Shown: positions 33,588 through 64,000 of the stretch, piece by piece | Layout: the number at the start of each line of letters is the position of its first letter | How positions within the stretch are numbered: the stretch's first letter is position 1 | NCBI RefSeq assembly: GCF_009914755.1 | Contig: NC_060941.1 | Source: the human T2T-CHM13v2.0 reference genome, Homo sapiens | Length of the DNA: 64,000 bases | Direction: 5' to 3' (one strand) | Translations under genes and position numbers: made by a program | The notes under the pieces: generated by a model | Database searches by the model: none | Seen by the model: only the letters and a program-made list of their open reading frames with translations | What the model was told of the DNA's origin: nothing

Positions 33588-34149
33588 TGAGGCAGGCCGA
33601 TCACTTGAGGCCAAGAGTTCGAGGCCAGCATGGTCAATATGGTGAAACCCAGTTTCTACTAAAAATAAAAAAATTAGCCGGGCATGGTGGTGCATGCCTG
33701 TAACCATAGCTACTCTGGAGGCTGAGACATGAGAATCACTTGAGCCCAGGAGATGGAGGTCGCAGTGAGCCAAGATTGTACCACTGCACGCTGGCCTGGG
33801 CGACAGAGGAAGACTCTGTATCAAAAACTAAAAAATAAAATAAAATAAAATGTATAATGTATGAATTTATAAGACATTCTTAACGACCTAAGTTCCAACA
33901 AATGTGCTGTACTCACAGCATTATTTCTTCAATATGAAAAGCTGTCATACATCCAGAAATATGTATCTTGGGTAGTAAAGCCCCATGTTTACAGGGTAAA
34001 TAGGAATGTTTTTGATTCTTGGTGAGGCCATATGACAAAAAGAAGCTAAGGAAACCTTTCTAAAATGACTAGCCAGCTGAGTACAGCAAGTTCTCCTCCA
34101 GCATTCTACCTCCTACTCCCCACCTCCACAAGAAAAACCAGAATTGGTA

Positions 34150-38290
<4,141 letters not shown>

Positions 38291-38355
38291 TAAAAATATA
38301 TTTTATGGTTAGTACCTAGGCCTTTCTTAAGTGCCTAATCAAAAACAAGACATTC

Positions 38356-43701
<5,346 letters not shown>

Positions 43702-43702
43702 C

Positions 43703-44790
43703 AGAATTTCCGTTAGGCTGCTTGCCATTGTGCTAACATCACAGAGTGTACTTATACAAACCTAGATGGTATGGCCTACTACACCCCTTGGCTATATGGT
43801 ACAACCTATTGCTTTTGGGCTACAAACCTGTATCACATGTTACTATAATGAATATCGTAGGCCACTATTGCAATGGTAAGAATTTGTGTATTTAAACACA
43901 AATACAGAAAAGGCACAGTAAAAATACAGTATAAAAGATAAAAAATGGTACATCTGTATAGGGCACTTACCATGAATGGAGCTTGCAAGACTGGAAGTTG
44001 CTCTGGGTGAGTCAGCGAGTGAGTGGTAAGTGAATGTGAAGGCCTAGCACATTATTGTACACTACTGTAGACTTACACTGTACACTTAGGCTACACTAAA
44101 TTTATTTAAAATTTTTTTCTTTAATAATAAATTAGCTTACTGTAACTTTTTAACTGTTTTACTTTTTTTAGCTTTTTGACTCTGTTGTCATAACAGCTTA
44201 AAACACAAACATATACAGCTGTACAAAAATATTTTCATTATATCCTTATTTTATAAGCTTTTTTCTATTTTTAATTTTTTTTTTCTTTTTAAATTTGTTT
44301 GTTAAAAACTAAGACAAACACCCACATTAGCCTAAGCCTACACAGGGTCAGGATCATCAATAACACTTTCTTTCACCTCCACATCTTGTCCCACTGGAAG
44401 GTCTTCAGGGGCAGTAACACGCATGGAGCCGTCATCTCCTTTGATAACAATGCCTCCTTCTGGAAACCTCCTGAAGGACCTGTCTGAAGCTGTTTTACAG
44501 TTAACTGTTTTCTTAGTAAGTAGAAGGAGCACTCTAAAATAATGATTAAAAGTATAGTACAGTAAATATGAGGCAACAGAGATTTTTCAGCTCCATTATA
44601 ATTTTTTTTGTTTTGTTCTTGGTTATTCTTTTATCTTTTTAGTTTTTCTTTTTTCTTTTTTACTTATTAAAATTTATTTTTTCTAACTTTTGTTATTATT
44701 GCACTACCAGCTTTGATCCATTATAATCGTACAGGACCATCGTACACGCAGTCCACTGTTGACTAAAATGTTATGTGGCACGTGACTGTA
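43703..44790 (+). mobile_element. Tigger3/MER7-type (TcMar-Tigger) DNA transposon
   Basis: AGAGTGTACTTATACAAACCTAGATGGTATGGCCTACTACAC near the start; terminus ..GTTGACTAAAATGTTATGTGGCACGTGACTG-TA. Confidence 0.88.
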
Positions 44791-44945
44791 CATACCAGGC
44801 CAGACTCAAGGCCTCTGCTCTTAATCACTTTGCTGGACTGCTTCAATTTCCACTGTGCTATTCTGCTTGGTTTTCCCACCTTATATTTTATGAGTTCTAC
44901 CAATAAAACTTCTTGTAGTTTGATACGTTTGAAGTTCTGGGTTAC

Positions 44946-45090
44946 CTTCTCCATGGTTGTCCAGGCCTGACGTAATGGAGTTGTGAAACAGTTGGGGAGT
45001 GGCCCACCTTCCCTGCAGATATTGGATTCAATTTCTAATCGTACAACATCATCAAATCCAAGAGGATGTGTGGCTTGGAGGGAGAAGTAC
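44946..45090 (-). CDS. AKAP10: AKAP10 exon 9: (K)YFSLQATHPLGFDDVVRLEIESNICREGGPLPNCFTTPLRQAWTTMEK (RGS domain)
   Basis: tag|G TAC..AAG|gtaacc, 145 nt. Confidence 0.97.
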
Positions 45091-45797
45091 CTATGGTAAA
45101 AAGATATCCGAAGTAAAATCAAATTCCATAGCAAGTATAAGCAACTTTCAGCACCTCCTCCAGAGAATCTTATACAAGGCTACTTGATTGAGCCTGCAGG
45201 CCTAGAACTATAGAGCTATGTGATGACAGTGCTGATGTAACCTTTCTTTGTTCCCACTTCCCCAGAGATAGTTGGGTCAACTTGCTACCTTTCTATCTGC
45301 CTGCCAACCATCCTTAGTTCTTGACGGTGAACTCTACTGTTGTTTAAAAGCTGTAAGGATCAGACTACAACTGAGGCAAAGAAACTAACAATCACATATT
45401 TATGGGTACCTATTCTCTGTTGAGGACTTGATAGATAGAAAGGAATTTATAGGAAAGGAAGACATGGTCATTTTCCCTAAAAAGCGAGCTGAGAACTTGT
45501 ATGCACAGAATAAAATAAGAACACATCATCATAACTACAAGGCATCAGGAGTAAACATGTACAAATTCAAAACAAAACAGCACTGAGGGGTGAGCTAGAT
45601 GCATATGACCTATTTGGATAGAACAGGACTTACTGATGACTCGGTGTGGAAAGGGAGTAACCAATATTGATAACACAAAGATTTCTACCTTGATGGGGTA
45701 TAATGCAGGTAATGTTTTGGTAAGCTGATTATGAAATGAATACCAAAAAAAGCATTAAATGCGAGAAAAAAAAAAAGGCTCTCTTCCAAGCACTCTA

Positions 45798-46052
<255 letters not shown>

Positions 46053-46529
46053 TCAGGAGGCTGAGGCAGGAGAACCGCTTGAACCCAGGAGGTGGAGGTT
46101 GCAGTGAGCTGAGATCGTGTCACTGCACTCTAGCCTGGGTGACAGAGCAAGACTCCATCTCAAAAAATAAAAAAGAAGAAAAAAAAGAAAACTCTCCTTT
46201 TAAATCAGCATTTTTGTAACAAAATGTGAATCTCCTATGTTGTATTGAGTAAGTTGGTCAATACTCCTCCACGACTTGAATGTTCAGGCATTTTAGACCA
46301 AATTTCTAAATGTAAACTCTTCCTATCTCAACATCTATATAACAATGTTTCTTACGTAATACCTTCTACAAACATACTGTACCAGAATAAACACTGGACA
46401 GAACATTAAGAACTGCATTCCAGTCCAAATTCTGCCACTAACTTGTTCTGTGACTTTGAGAAAATCATTACCTCTCTGGGCCTTATTTTCCTTACTTGCA
46501 AAATAGGAAAATTAGACTACATCCCTAAA

Positions 46530-47285
<756 letters not shown>

Positions 47286-48371
47286 AGATACTATTAGTGT
47301 CTTCAAACCCTAACATCTGTGGACTTTTCTCTATCCCCAAGTTACCCCTTTAGCATTTGCTTAAGGATACAAATAACAAATTACCTTTGTTGTTTTTTTT
47401 TTTTTTGGAGACAGGGTCTCACTCTACTGCCCTGCCCAGGGTGGAGTACAGTGGATCACAGCTCACTGCAGCCTCGACCTCCCAAGGCTCAGGTGATCCT
47501 TCTGCCTCAGGCCCCTAAGTAGCTAGGACAACAGGCGCACGCCATCACGCTCAGCTAATTTTTGTATTTTTAGTAAAGGCGGGTTTTGCCATGTTGCCCA
47601 GGCTGGTCTCAAATTCCTGGGCTCAAGCGATTCACCTGCCTCTGCCTCTCAAAGTGTTGTGATTACAGGAGTGAGCCACCGTGCCCGACCACGAATTACT
47701 TTTTTTACAGAGTAAGAAAAGTTAAATGAAAAGAATACCATACGTTACAGAGCTGGCCACAAGCTCATCATCTGCCTGACCAGATATTTTCAATTTTGTT
47801 TACTGTATGATGTTTCCATCCTCTCATTTTCAGTGAAAACTAATAAAAAACTAATTAACAACGTGCCTGAGCAGATTTATACAGAAAGTATAATATACCC
47901 ATAAATAGGCATTCAAGGTCCCTTACAATCTATTCCAATTAGTACCAGCATCCTCATATTTATTCCCCACTCCTTTGATTATCTAAACTCAAGTTTCTTG
48001 AAAGTGCCACTTTCCCCTACGTTTCCATGGCTTCTGGGCCAATGCCTTTGCCTAGAATGTTGTTTTCTGCCTTCTCTGGGTAGCAAAATTCCCTTCTTTC
48101 TTTGGGATCCAAACAAAATCTCTCTTCTGGGAAACACTCCTTGAACACCACCATTGCCATCCTGTTTACCCCACATACACCTCCCCTTTCCCAGCAGAAA
48201 CTTTTGTTCTAAGAACCCCCAAAGCTTTACAAACACCATATAAAAGCAGCTTTTATGCTGCCTCCTGTGAGCTCCTTGACAACAGAGACTGAGTTTATTC
48301 ATCTTTATTTCCACAAAACATATCAAATGTTCAATAAGTATCTGCTGAATCCATCTATCAATATAACTCAC

Positions 48372-48508
48372 TTGTCATATAAAATCATGGCATCATTCTG
48401 TGCCTCCTGTCCATCATATTGGCCCTTTTTGGCAGCAAGCTGAGACTGGAAGTTATCTGCTGCCAACCAGAATTGTAAGATATTCACTGCATCCTCTTTT
48501 TCCATGTA
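48372..48508 (-). CDS. AKAP10: AKAP10 exon 8: YMEKEDAVNILQFWLAADNFQSQLAAKKGQYDGQEAQNDAMILYD(K)
   Basis: tag|TAC..GAC AA|gtgagt, 137 nt; RGS-like FWLA motif. Confidence 0.97.
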
Positions 48509-49545
48509 CTAGGAAGAAAAAATACACAAGGGAAAATAAGACTATAAACAGATTTCTCTCACAATCTCTAATCTATAAGCTCAAATATTAAAATACAGGT
48601 CATAAGCAAAAAACAAAAAGATCTACTTCTTCTGTTAACACCTGTCAGCAAGTTACAGTCATTTGAGATTGAAAAGTTTTAAAGTATTCTTTTAGACGAA
48701 AAAAAAGTTAACAAGAAACAAACACTACCTACACAGCTGGATGCAAACTTTTAGTGAACTAGAGTAAAAATTATACTAAACTGGATTTGTGGTTCCTTGC
48801 CAGCAAACATATAAAGAGTAAACTAACCAAACCAAATATTTTATATCTGATCATTTCCACCATTCCATGAGGACATATTAACCTAAACAAATTGTTGATT
48901 TAAACTTATAGCAAAGAAAGGGAGTGAGAAAACAAATCAACTGAGTACCTGTATTCTTGTAAAGAGGCAGAATCGAGTGTCTAAATTACTGCTTTGTGAG
49001 ACTGGGAATCCTCTTTCTACTTAATAGTCATTTGCTTTCCAACAAAATAATTTCACTTGTTGAAGCCTAACAAAGAGCATTATACTAAACTGTATGCCTC
49101 AAAAAGATTAATATACTCATTGTCTGTTGCAAATGCTTCTTCACTGGGCAATCCTATCAAGTGACTAAAGTAAAAATGATGAGCATAAGAAAAAATTTAC
49201 TACTTTTTTTCTCTTCTGAAGTCTGGTCTGCAATTTATGCACTGGAAGCAAGTTTCAAATTCTGTGGTTTTAAAATAGCTCCAAATAATTAAAAACATGC
49301 ACTCTCTTACATGCAGTAGTTTAATTAGGTTTCTCAAAATTAGAGTTATTTAATACATTGAATTTTCATGTTCTCTCTAATATATTATTAAATTACTCTT
49401 GCCATCAGAAACAACTTGAAACAATGATACATCTTTTTGGAAATGACTTGGCTCTTCTGTGTTATTTCCTATAGACAGGGCCCCAGCATTGATAGTTAGA
49501 GGCTGGAATGCTCGAATAGAGTGTGAAAAGAAATGCAGACTTTAC

Positions 49546-49669
49546 CTCAGAGAAATAAAAGAGGGCTGACTCACAGAAGAGAATGTCAGCCAGGTAAACA
49601 GTTCCACTGGTCAGCACTTCAATCTGGTATTTACAGAAATGGTGACTTCGCAGAAACTCACTAAAGTGC
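49546..49669 (-). CDS. AKAP10: AKAP10 exon 7: (E)HFSEFLRSHHFCKYQIEVLTSGTVYLADILFCESALFYFSE
   Basis: cag|G CAC..GAG|gtaaag, 124 nt. Confidence 0.97.
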
Positions 49670-50484
49670 CTGCACATGGACAAAAGGGAAAATTTGAGGG
49701 AACGACCAAGGAAAGAGTTTAAGTGGGAAAAATATACTCTTTCCATACTGTCCCTATTGTATCTTAAAGGCCTAGGTCAACACTACCTTACTCCCCATGG
49801 TGTCATTCCTGATTCCTTTACCTGTATGTAATCTCTCCCACCTTTTTATGACTTTGTAGTTCTCCCCTGACATTTAACACATGCCACTTCATATTACAGT
49901 AACCAAACAACATGCCCTATGTCTTTTATTAGGCTGTAACTTCCTTCAAGACTGGCACTATGCCTAACCACGTCTTACACAGAGCACTCTTCTGATAAAT
50001 GTTAAGTGAAAGAATGAATAGATTTTTTTTAAGGGCACATAGCAGTAATAAATCTAAAAAACCTCTGGAGCCATTTCAACAAATCTATGTGGATTTAGTT
50101 ATATAGCATCCATTTAGCTTAAAGCCTAACTAACAAATTAGGAGAGCCATCTGAAGACATGCATTATTTAAATAAATAAACCAATTCTAATAGTCATAAT
50201 CACTACAGACTCAATCACTCCCCAAATTATTTCAGAACTAAAAACAAATTATTTTAACTTAGGAAATATTAACATTGAAAATGAAAATGAAAATTTTAAG
50301 AGTTCACATAATTTATATTTAAAAGAAACTGTTAACCAAGATAGAGTATGCTTTATATGATCTTGTAAATATCCAAAATATTTAAATTCTCAAAAATACT
50401 TTGTTTTTAGCTGAGTGAAGCCCATTCCTAACAATGAACCCAAATTCCCTAGGATGCACAATGTGAAAATATGAACTAACTTAC

Positions 50485-50569
50485 TCTTGCTCCATTGCAC
50501 TAAAGACTATGGACTGTGCCAAAACGAAACAGTTGGGATCCACCTGTCCATCTTCTCCACAAATCCTTG
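50485..50569 (-). CDS. AKAP10: AKAP10 exon 6: (A)RICGEDGQVDPNCFVLAQSIVFSAMEQ(E)
   Basis: cag|CA AGG..CAA GA|gtaagt, 85 nt. Confidence 0.97.
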
Positions 50570-51515
50570 CTGCAAAAGAAGTTGTAAATAATTAAATTGC
50601 CACTAAATTCAAACTATGTATACACACTTGTGAATCAACTTGGGAGTTAACAGCACAGGCATATAAATTAAGAGGTTTTAAATAGAACTAAAAGAAAATA
50701 CAGGTAACACTTGATCTTAAAATAGAAAGTCTTTTGAAGTACATATGCAAAAGCAGAAATCAAAAGATTTAACAACATAAAATTTAATTCCTATACATAG
50801 AAACCCTCCAAAAACAAAATACAAAGGCAAACAAACAGAAAAAAGATTTGCAGCATGCATGACAGTTAAAAGGTTACTATCATTAAAATACCAAGAGCTC
50901 TTATAAACTACTAAGAAATGTTCCAAAAGAAAAATGAGCAAAGGACATGACAATCCACAAAGGAACAAACATAAAATGACCAACGTGAAAAGACATACAT
51001 ACTCACTAGTAATCAAATAGATTAGAATAAGGAGGCACTACACCTTTTATCTAGTAAACTGGCCCAACATTGTTTTTAATAATATGTATACTTGAGCAAG
51101 GGCACAAGAAAACTAACACTAGTGTTAGTGGGGATACAAACACCTTTTTCTGAAGGCAATTTGGCAGTTTCTAGCATAACTTTAAAAATGAACATACCCT
51201 TTCAATGAGCAATTCTATTTCTGGGATTGTAACTTAAAAAATTATGGATTTGTGAAGTTATCTGTAAAAAAGTTTATTAAAATGTTATTGGTAGAAATTT
51301 TAAAACATGAAATGTGCTAAAATAAGGAACTGCTAAAATAAACTGCAGCGAAACAATTAGCTATTTAGCTAGCTGTTAAACATGGCTGGAAAAACCATAT
51401 AACATGATGCCTAGTCTCACTTTGTGTTCATGACTTTAGTGGGACCTTCATGAAACCAAGGGATCATACTAGTGTCCTGGTCTGTTTACATTCACTTTCC
51501 TAGACAATACAAATC

Positions 51516-52665
51516 TGTGATACTGTGAAATATGTTATTTAGTCTTTGCCCAGTTTTTTTTTTTTCCTTTTTCTTCTGAGACAAGGTCTCACTTTGTCAC
51601 CCAAGCCGGAGTCAGTGGCACGATCATGGCTCACTGCTGCCTTCAACTCCAGGGCTCAGTGATCCTCAGCCTTCTGAGTAGCTGAGACTACAGACAAGAG
51701 CTATTACGCCTGGCCAATTTTTAAATTTTTTGTAAGGGGGTCTCACTATGTTGACCAGGCTGGTTTTGATCTCATGGCCTGAAACGATCCTCCTGCCTCA
51801 GCCTCCCAAAGTGCTGGGATTACAGGCCTGAGACATTGCAACTGGCCTTTAGCCAGTTTCTTAGCATACAGCGCCTAAAATTCATGGAATCTCTGGATTC
51901 TTTTGAATGCTAATGAGATGACTTGTGGCTGTGGCCTCTAAAGAGCTTTAGGATGAGGGCTAATCACCAGAAAGACCAAGGCAGAATTACACGTTTGGGA
52001 CTTTCAGCCCTACCCACCAACCTCCCGGGATGAGGGGGCTGAAGGTTGAGCTGATCACCAATAGCCAATGATCAATCATGCCTATATAATGAAGTCTCCA
52101 CAAAAAACCCAAAAGGACAGAATGGGGAGGGGGGCTTCTGAATAGCTAAATCTGTAGAGGTTCTTGGAGGGTGGCATGACCTGGAGAGTGCATGGAAGCT
52201 CTGTGCCCCTCTCCCATACCTTGCCCATGCATCTCTTCCATCTGCCTGTTCAATCTGTATCCTTTGTAATATCCTTTATAATAAATGGGTAAATATATGT
52301 AAAGCATTTCCCTGAGTTCTGAGAGCTGCTCTAGCAAATTTATTGAACCCAAGGAGGGGACTGTGGGAACTCCAATTTATAGAAGGTCAGTCAGAAGCAC
52401 AGGCCACAACTTGTACTTGAGACTGGCATCTGAAGTGGAGGCAGTCTTGTGGGACAGAGTCCTCAATCTGTGGGATCTGATGCTATCTCCAGGTAAACAG
52501 TGTGAGAACTGAACTGACTTAGAGGACACCCAGTTGGTGTTCACTGAACAATCATCTGCAGAATTGGTAGCTGACAGGGAAAAAACCCCACACAACTAGA
52601 GTCATGGAAGGGTTCTGTTTTGTGAGAGTTCAGAAGGAGAAACTGAGTTTTTTTTTTTTCTACAG
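51516..52665 (+). mobile_element. MER21-family solo LTR interrupted by an Alu (~51553-51846, -)
   Basis: Starts TGTGATA. Contains ATGCTAATGAGATGACT, CACCAGAAAGACCAAGGCA, GGGACTTTCAGCCC, CCAAT boxes, a TATA-like CCTATATAA and AATAAA. Confidence 0.8.
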
Positions 52666-53091
52666 TACATCTCCTTTCTCAAATATTTAACACCTCTTCT
52701 ATTCTCTTTGCTGAGGACTTTGCTTCCTGCTTCCTTGAGAATATAGAAGCAATCAGAAAATTATTTCCATCATCTCTCACATCTTTCAACTCACCTGCAT
52801 CTCTACCCGTGTACTGCATTCTTTCCTGTGACTCTAGATAAATTGTCCTTGCTCCCATCTAAGCAATCTTCTATGTGAGCACTGGAATTCATCCCTTCTG
52901 CCTCCAGACTTCTTTCCTGTAACAACTGTCCCCTCTCCTACATCAACTTCTCCTTCACTACTGCCTCATTCCTATCAGCTGTGTGGACTGCATGTTTATA
53001 TATATACCTGTTTGTATGCTATAACACACTTTATATGCTTATATATATGCCTGTAACCTCAGCACTTTGGGAGGCCAAGGTGAGTAGATCA

Positions 53092-53369
<278 letters not shown>

Positions 53370-54763
53370 TCATACCACTCACTTCCAAACCATCAGCAAA
53401 TTCTGTCAGCTGTACCTTCAAAGTTTTTAAAAATTCTACCACTTCAAACATTTGTGGAAGATGAAGGAGGTAGTGCAAGTATAGATTCTGGATCACTCTA
53501 AATCCTCACATAAAAACAGTAATTAGTTAGCAACACCAAAAATCCAAGGATTACATTTAAAACAAGACTATGCAAAGTGGGTACACAGTAAGAGCTAAAG
53601 TGAAGGCTCCTTTGAACAAAACTCACTTGAAGGACAGCTATATTAAAATAGTCCAACTGCAAGAGGAGACAAATAATTTGGACAGGATTAAGAATGGGGC
53701 TCAAGGAGGAAAAATGACTTGCCTAAAGCCACACAGGTAATTAACATCCTAAAATATATAATGATAGACACTGGGATAGAGGTTTTCTCAAATTCTTTGA
53801 TCACAAAATGTTATCAACTTGATCCTTCAGAAGACTTTTCCTTCATGGGATTACATCATCATTAATTTGATTAAGCTTAAGTAAAAGAAAGAGAGTTGCA
53901 GTGTGGTTTCATTTTAAGTGTTTTATTTGACTTGAAACTGCTTCCTTTTTATCCACACGCCAGTCAGGCTATTAACTGGTACAGACTCCCCTCAAAAAAA
54001 AATCACTAGCCAACCAATTCTTCAAACAGGCAAACTCTAATCAGTCAGAACATCCCTGTTGTATTACTAGGAAAAGCTGGTCTAGGGATGATGATAGTAG
54101 CAAATTCCCACATAAAAATAGAGCAACAACACAGAAAACCTCAAATCTCATGACAACATCTGTCAGCAAAACTCAGTGAAACAGTACCCCTTAAATACAA
54201 GCAGATAGGGATAAGCCACCAACAGCCACCAGGCCTATGTTATAGCCGTTATAGGTATCTGTGTGGGAGAAAGAAAAGGAAAATGGAGCCAACATGACAT
54301 GGACCCCAGAATAGCTAACTGGAAGGTACAGTGGGCCAATTTAAGAAACACAGCTGAGACTAACAGGGGTCTTGCTGTCCCCAGCAGTGAGTGAGTGCAA
54401 AGCACCCACACTAAGGATTAAAGAAGCCCAACATCGGGACAGATCTGCTAAAAGTGCAAGAACATGTCTTATTTCATAAATCACAAATACTAACTTTTTT
54501 GAAGAATAAAAATACATAATATTAGGACTTATGAGAATGTAATATTTATTGAATGAATAAATAACCTCTTTTATCTGTGAATATACGTTCACCTAAGGTC
54601 TTCCTGATAAAACACAGTAAAAGCTTTCAAACTATTTTGCTATAACCTATAAGAAATATATTTGTTGAATCAGCATACACATACATACATGTATATATAA
54701 TGAAAACATTTTTCTGAAATGTTTGTCCTTACTACTCTGAGATACTTTGATTTTTTTATTCTA

Positions 54764-54893
54764 GTATATATATATATACACACACTAATATGTATATTAT
54801 ATATTAGTATATATACTAATATATAATATATACTATATATGCATATATACTAATACATATATTTTATATATATATATATATTTTATATATATA

Positions 54894-54954
<61 letters not shown>

Positions 54955-54959
54955 TTTTT
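54764..54959. repeat. Interrupted (TA)n microsatellite ending in poly(T)
   Basis: About 190 bp, almost entirely A/T, with long TA runs near 54866-54936. Confidence 0.97.
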
Positions 54960-55019
54960 GGCAGGGGGTGAGGGCATAAGAGAAGGCTGGTCCCAACCTA
55001 CAGTATGAAAAACACTGCC

Positions 55020-55250
55020 ACAGCACAGCAGTTAAGGTATGTGAGGGTCTAGTTTCAAATCCTGACTCTGCCATATCTGAGCTGTTACCCTGGACAAAGC
55101 ACTTAACTTCTCTGTGCTTCAGTTTCTTCATCTATAAAATAACTGTATTTATCCCACAAAGTTCTTTAGAAGTTAAAATGAGTCTATCCATAAAAAGTGC
55201 TTGGAATATTGTCTGGGACACAGTGAGTGTTTAATAAATGTGTACTATTT
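55020..55250 (+). mobile_element. MIR SINE
   Basis: TTCAAATCCTGACTCTGCC..CTGGACAAAGCACTTAACTTCTCTGTGCTTCAGTTTCTTCATCTATAAAAT core. Confidence 0.85.
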
Positions 55251-55317
55251 ATTGATCTTGCTGTCATTGTTATTCAGGTTAAAGCCTAAGAATTTGGGTC
55301 CAACATATAAGAAAAAC

Positions 55318-55893
55318 TTTTTTTTTTTTTTTTTTTTTAAGGTTAGCAAATTGTCTTTATTCAGAAGAATAAAGTTACGTGAAACTGGGACTGGACATGA
55401 GGCTGCCCTCCTCCTTGCACCTCCAGCTGTGCCAAATGACACAGAAATGACACTGTGTGTGGCACAATCAACTGGCAAAAAAAGGCAAGTCACAGGCCAT
55501 GTGATGGCTCTGGCTAATGCAGGTAGACATCCAGGGTGCCCAGGGACGTCAGGCCCACTGAGAAGTGGGATGAAGCCCTGAGACGGAGAGGCCACCACTG
55601 AGACACCTGTCTGGCCATCCAGTTGCCCACTGGTCGTGAGACTCTTGGGCTGCAGCCCTGATGCCTAGAGACTTTGGTACCGGCTTTTAGCCTCACTGGA
55701 CTTCCAACCCCAGAAGTTTCTGTCCCGCCCACTTCGTGCACTGGTGCGGGGCTGCCGGCCAGTCCATCCGGTGGTCTGTGCCGGTTAGCGTAGCCGCCCG
55801 CCGGCCCGGCTGCTCAGCAGCGGGCAGGCCTGAGCACCCGCTACACTGCAGCCCATCTGGCCCAGGCAAAGACCCTCGCACCGAATGCAGCCG
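55318..55893 (-). pseudogene. Processed retrocopy of an unidentified short polyadenylated transcript
   Basis: 21-nt poly(A) (T-run 55318-55338), AATAAA at 55356-55361 on the minus strand, CpG-rich 5' end, imperfect flanking AGA(AA)AACTTTT repeat, GC-rich island inside an AT-rich intron. Confidence 0.8.
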
Positions 55894-56066
55894 AGAAACT
55901 TTTAAAGTGAGCTATAATCCGATATAAAAAATACTCAGAAAACAAATTAGGAAGGGAACTGCTAAATTCCATGTTAAGAAAAAATTATCTTAGTCAATAA
56001 CGAAAATTGTCAGTTCTGTGCATTTTTTGTCATTTTTTTTTTGCCATAGTTTCAAGCACTGCTTAC

Positions 56067-56165
56067 CTATGATGTCATTTCTCATTGCTTCTGTAATTGG
56101 TATTGGTTTAGCAGCATCTGGAGATATATATTTGGTAAAAGTATTCACTGCATCTTGTTCTATAC
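56067..56165 (-). CDS. AKAP10: AKAP10 exon 5: (S)IEQDAVNTFTKYISPDAAKPIPITEAMRNDII(A)
   Basis: cag|GT ATA..ATA G|gtaagc, 99 nt, phase 1/1. Upstream exons lie beyond the right edge. Confidence 0.97.
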
Positions 56166-56331
56166 CTGCAAGGGAAGAAGAGAACTTCAAAAACCAAAAA
56201 GCAACTTGGACTCCAGTAATGAATTATATTCATGAATAGCAGGGCTTAGATCACTGTGAGTTCCTATTGCAAAATAAACTTCCATCACAAAGGTGCTTTT
56301 TCATTGTTTGGTTTGTGGAAGAGGAGAGTTA

Positions 56332-56624
56332 CATGGGGGTGTTCAAAGCTATGGAAAATGCATATGATGAAAAAACTATGCATGAATTTCAAAGTACTTT
56401 TACACCAAAATAAACTCATATTAACCTGTTATAACGTATCTGAACAGGATCTACTCTGAGGCACTAAGAAGGAGAAAACATCAGTTTGAAGACAGCCCCT
56501 ATTGGAGCAACATGAATTCTGCTAAAATGGAAGAATAAACATCAAATTTATGGTGAAGCTTGTGTGGATGAAAGATAAAATTATTGATGCTTTACCAAAA
56601 GTTTATGGGGACAATGCCTCAAAG
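56332..56624 (+). mobile_element. HSMAR2 mariner 5' fragment
   Basis: Preceded by TA. ATGGAAAATGC..GAAAAAACTATGCATG leader and a decayed transposase start (ATGAATTCTGCTAAAAT..; ..KVYGDNA). Confidence 0.88.
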
Positions 56625-56789
56625 GACAGAGTGAGACTCCGTCTCAAAAAAAAAAAAAAAGTCAAGTATTAATAATTATGACAGAAACCACCAAAGGCGG
56701 GTGTTAAAGTGTTATTTTCCTAATGTGCTTGCTAAAGGGAAAACAGCAAATTAATATAGAGAATATCATCCGTTGATTTGATATGAAAT

Positions 56790-64000
<7,211 letters not shown>

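Overview
Primate (almost certainly human) genomic DNA containing the 3' part of AKAP10 (D-AKAP2) on the minus strand. Eleven coding exons (exons 5-15 by my numbering, about residues 293-662) splice in frame with GT-AG boundaries. They encode RGS-domain sequence, the PKA-binding AKB helix (Ile646 allele) and the C-terminal STKL PDZ ligand, followed by a ~2 kb 3' UTR. The rest is repeat-dense: a HERV-H-type provirus fragment at the left edge, dozens of Alus, a full SVA with a target-site duplication (TSD), L1/L2/MIR fragments, DNA transposons (Charlie1-like, MER5, Tigger3, HSMAR2) and a MER21 LTR. I see no convincing new biological system. The best leads are an unidentified CpG-rich ~575-nt retrocopy just downstream of exon 5, a candidate intronic poly(A) isoform that would replace the PDZ ligand, a ~155-bp templated duplication bracketing exons 11-12, four Alus stacked at one target site, and a tRNA-Phe-like primer site on the HERV-H. 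Family names come from my recall of consensus sequences; no searches were run, and repeat boundaries are approximate unless a TSD is given.
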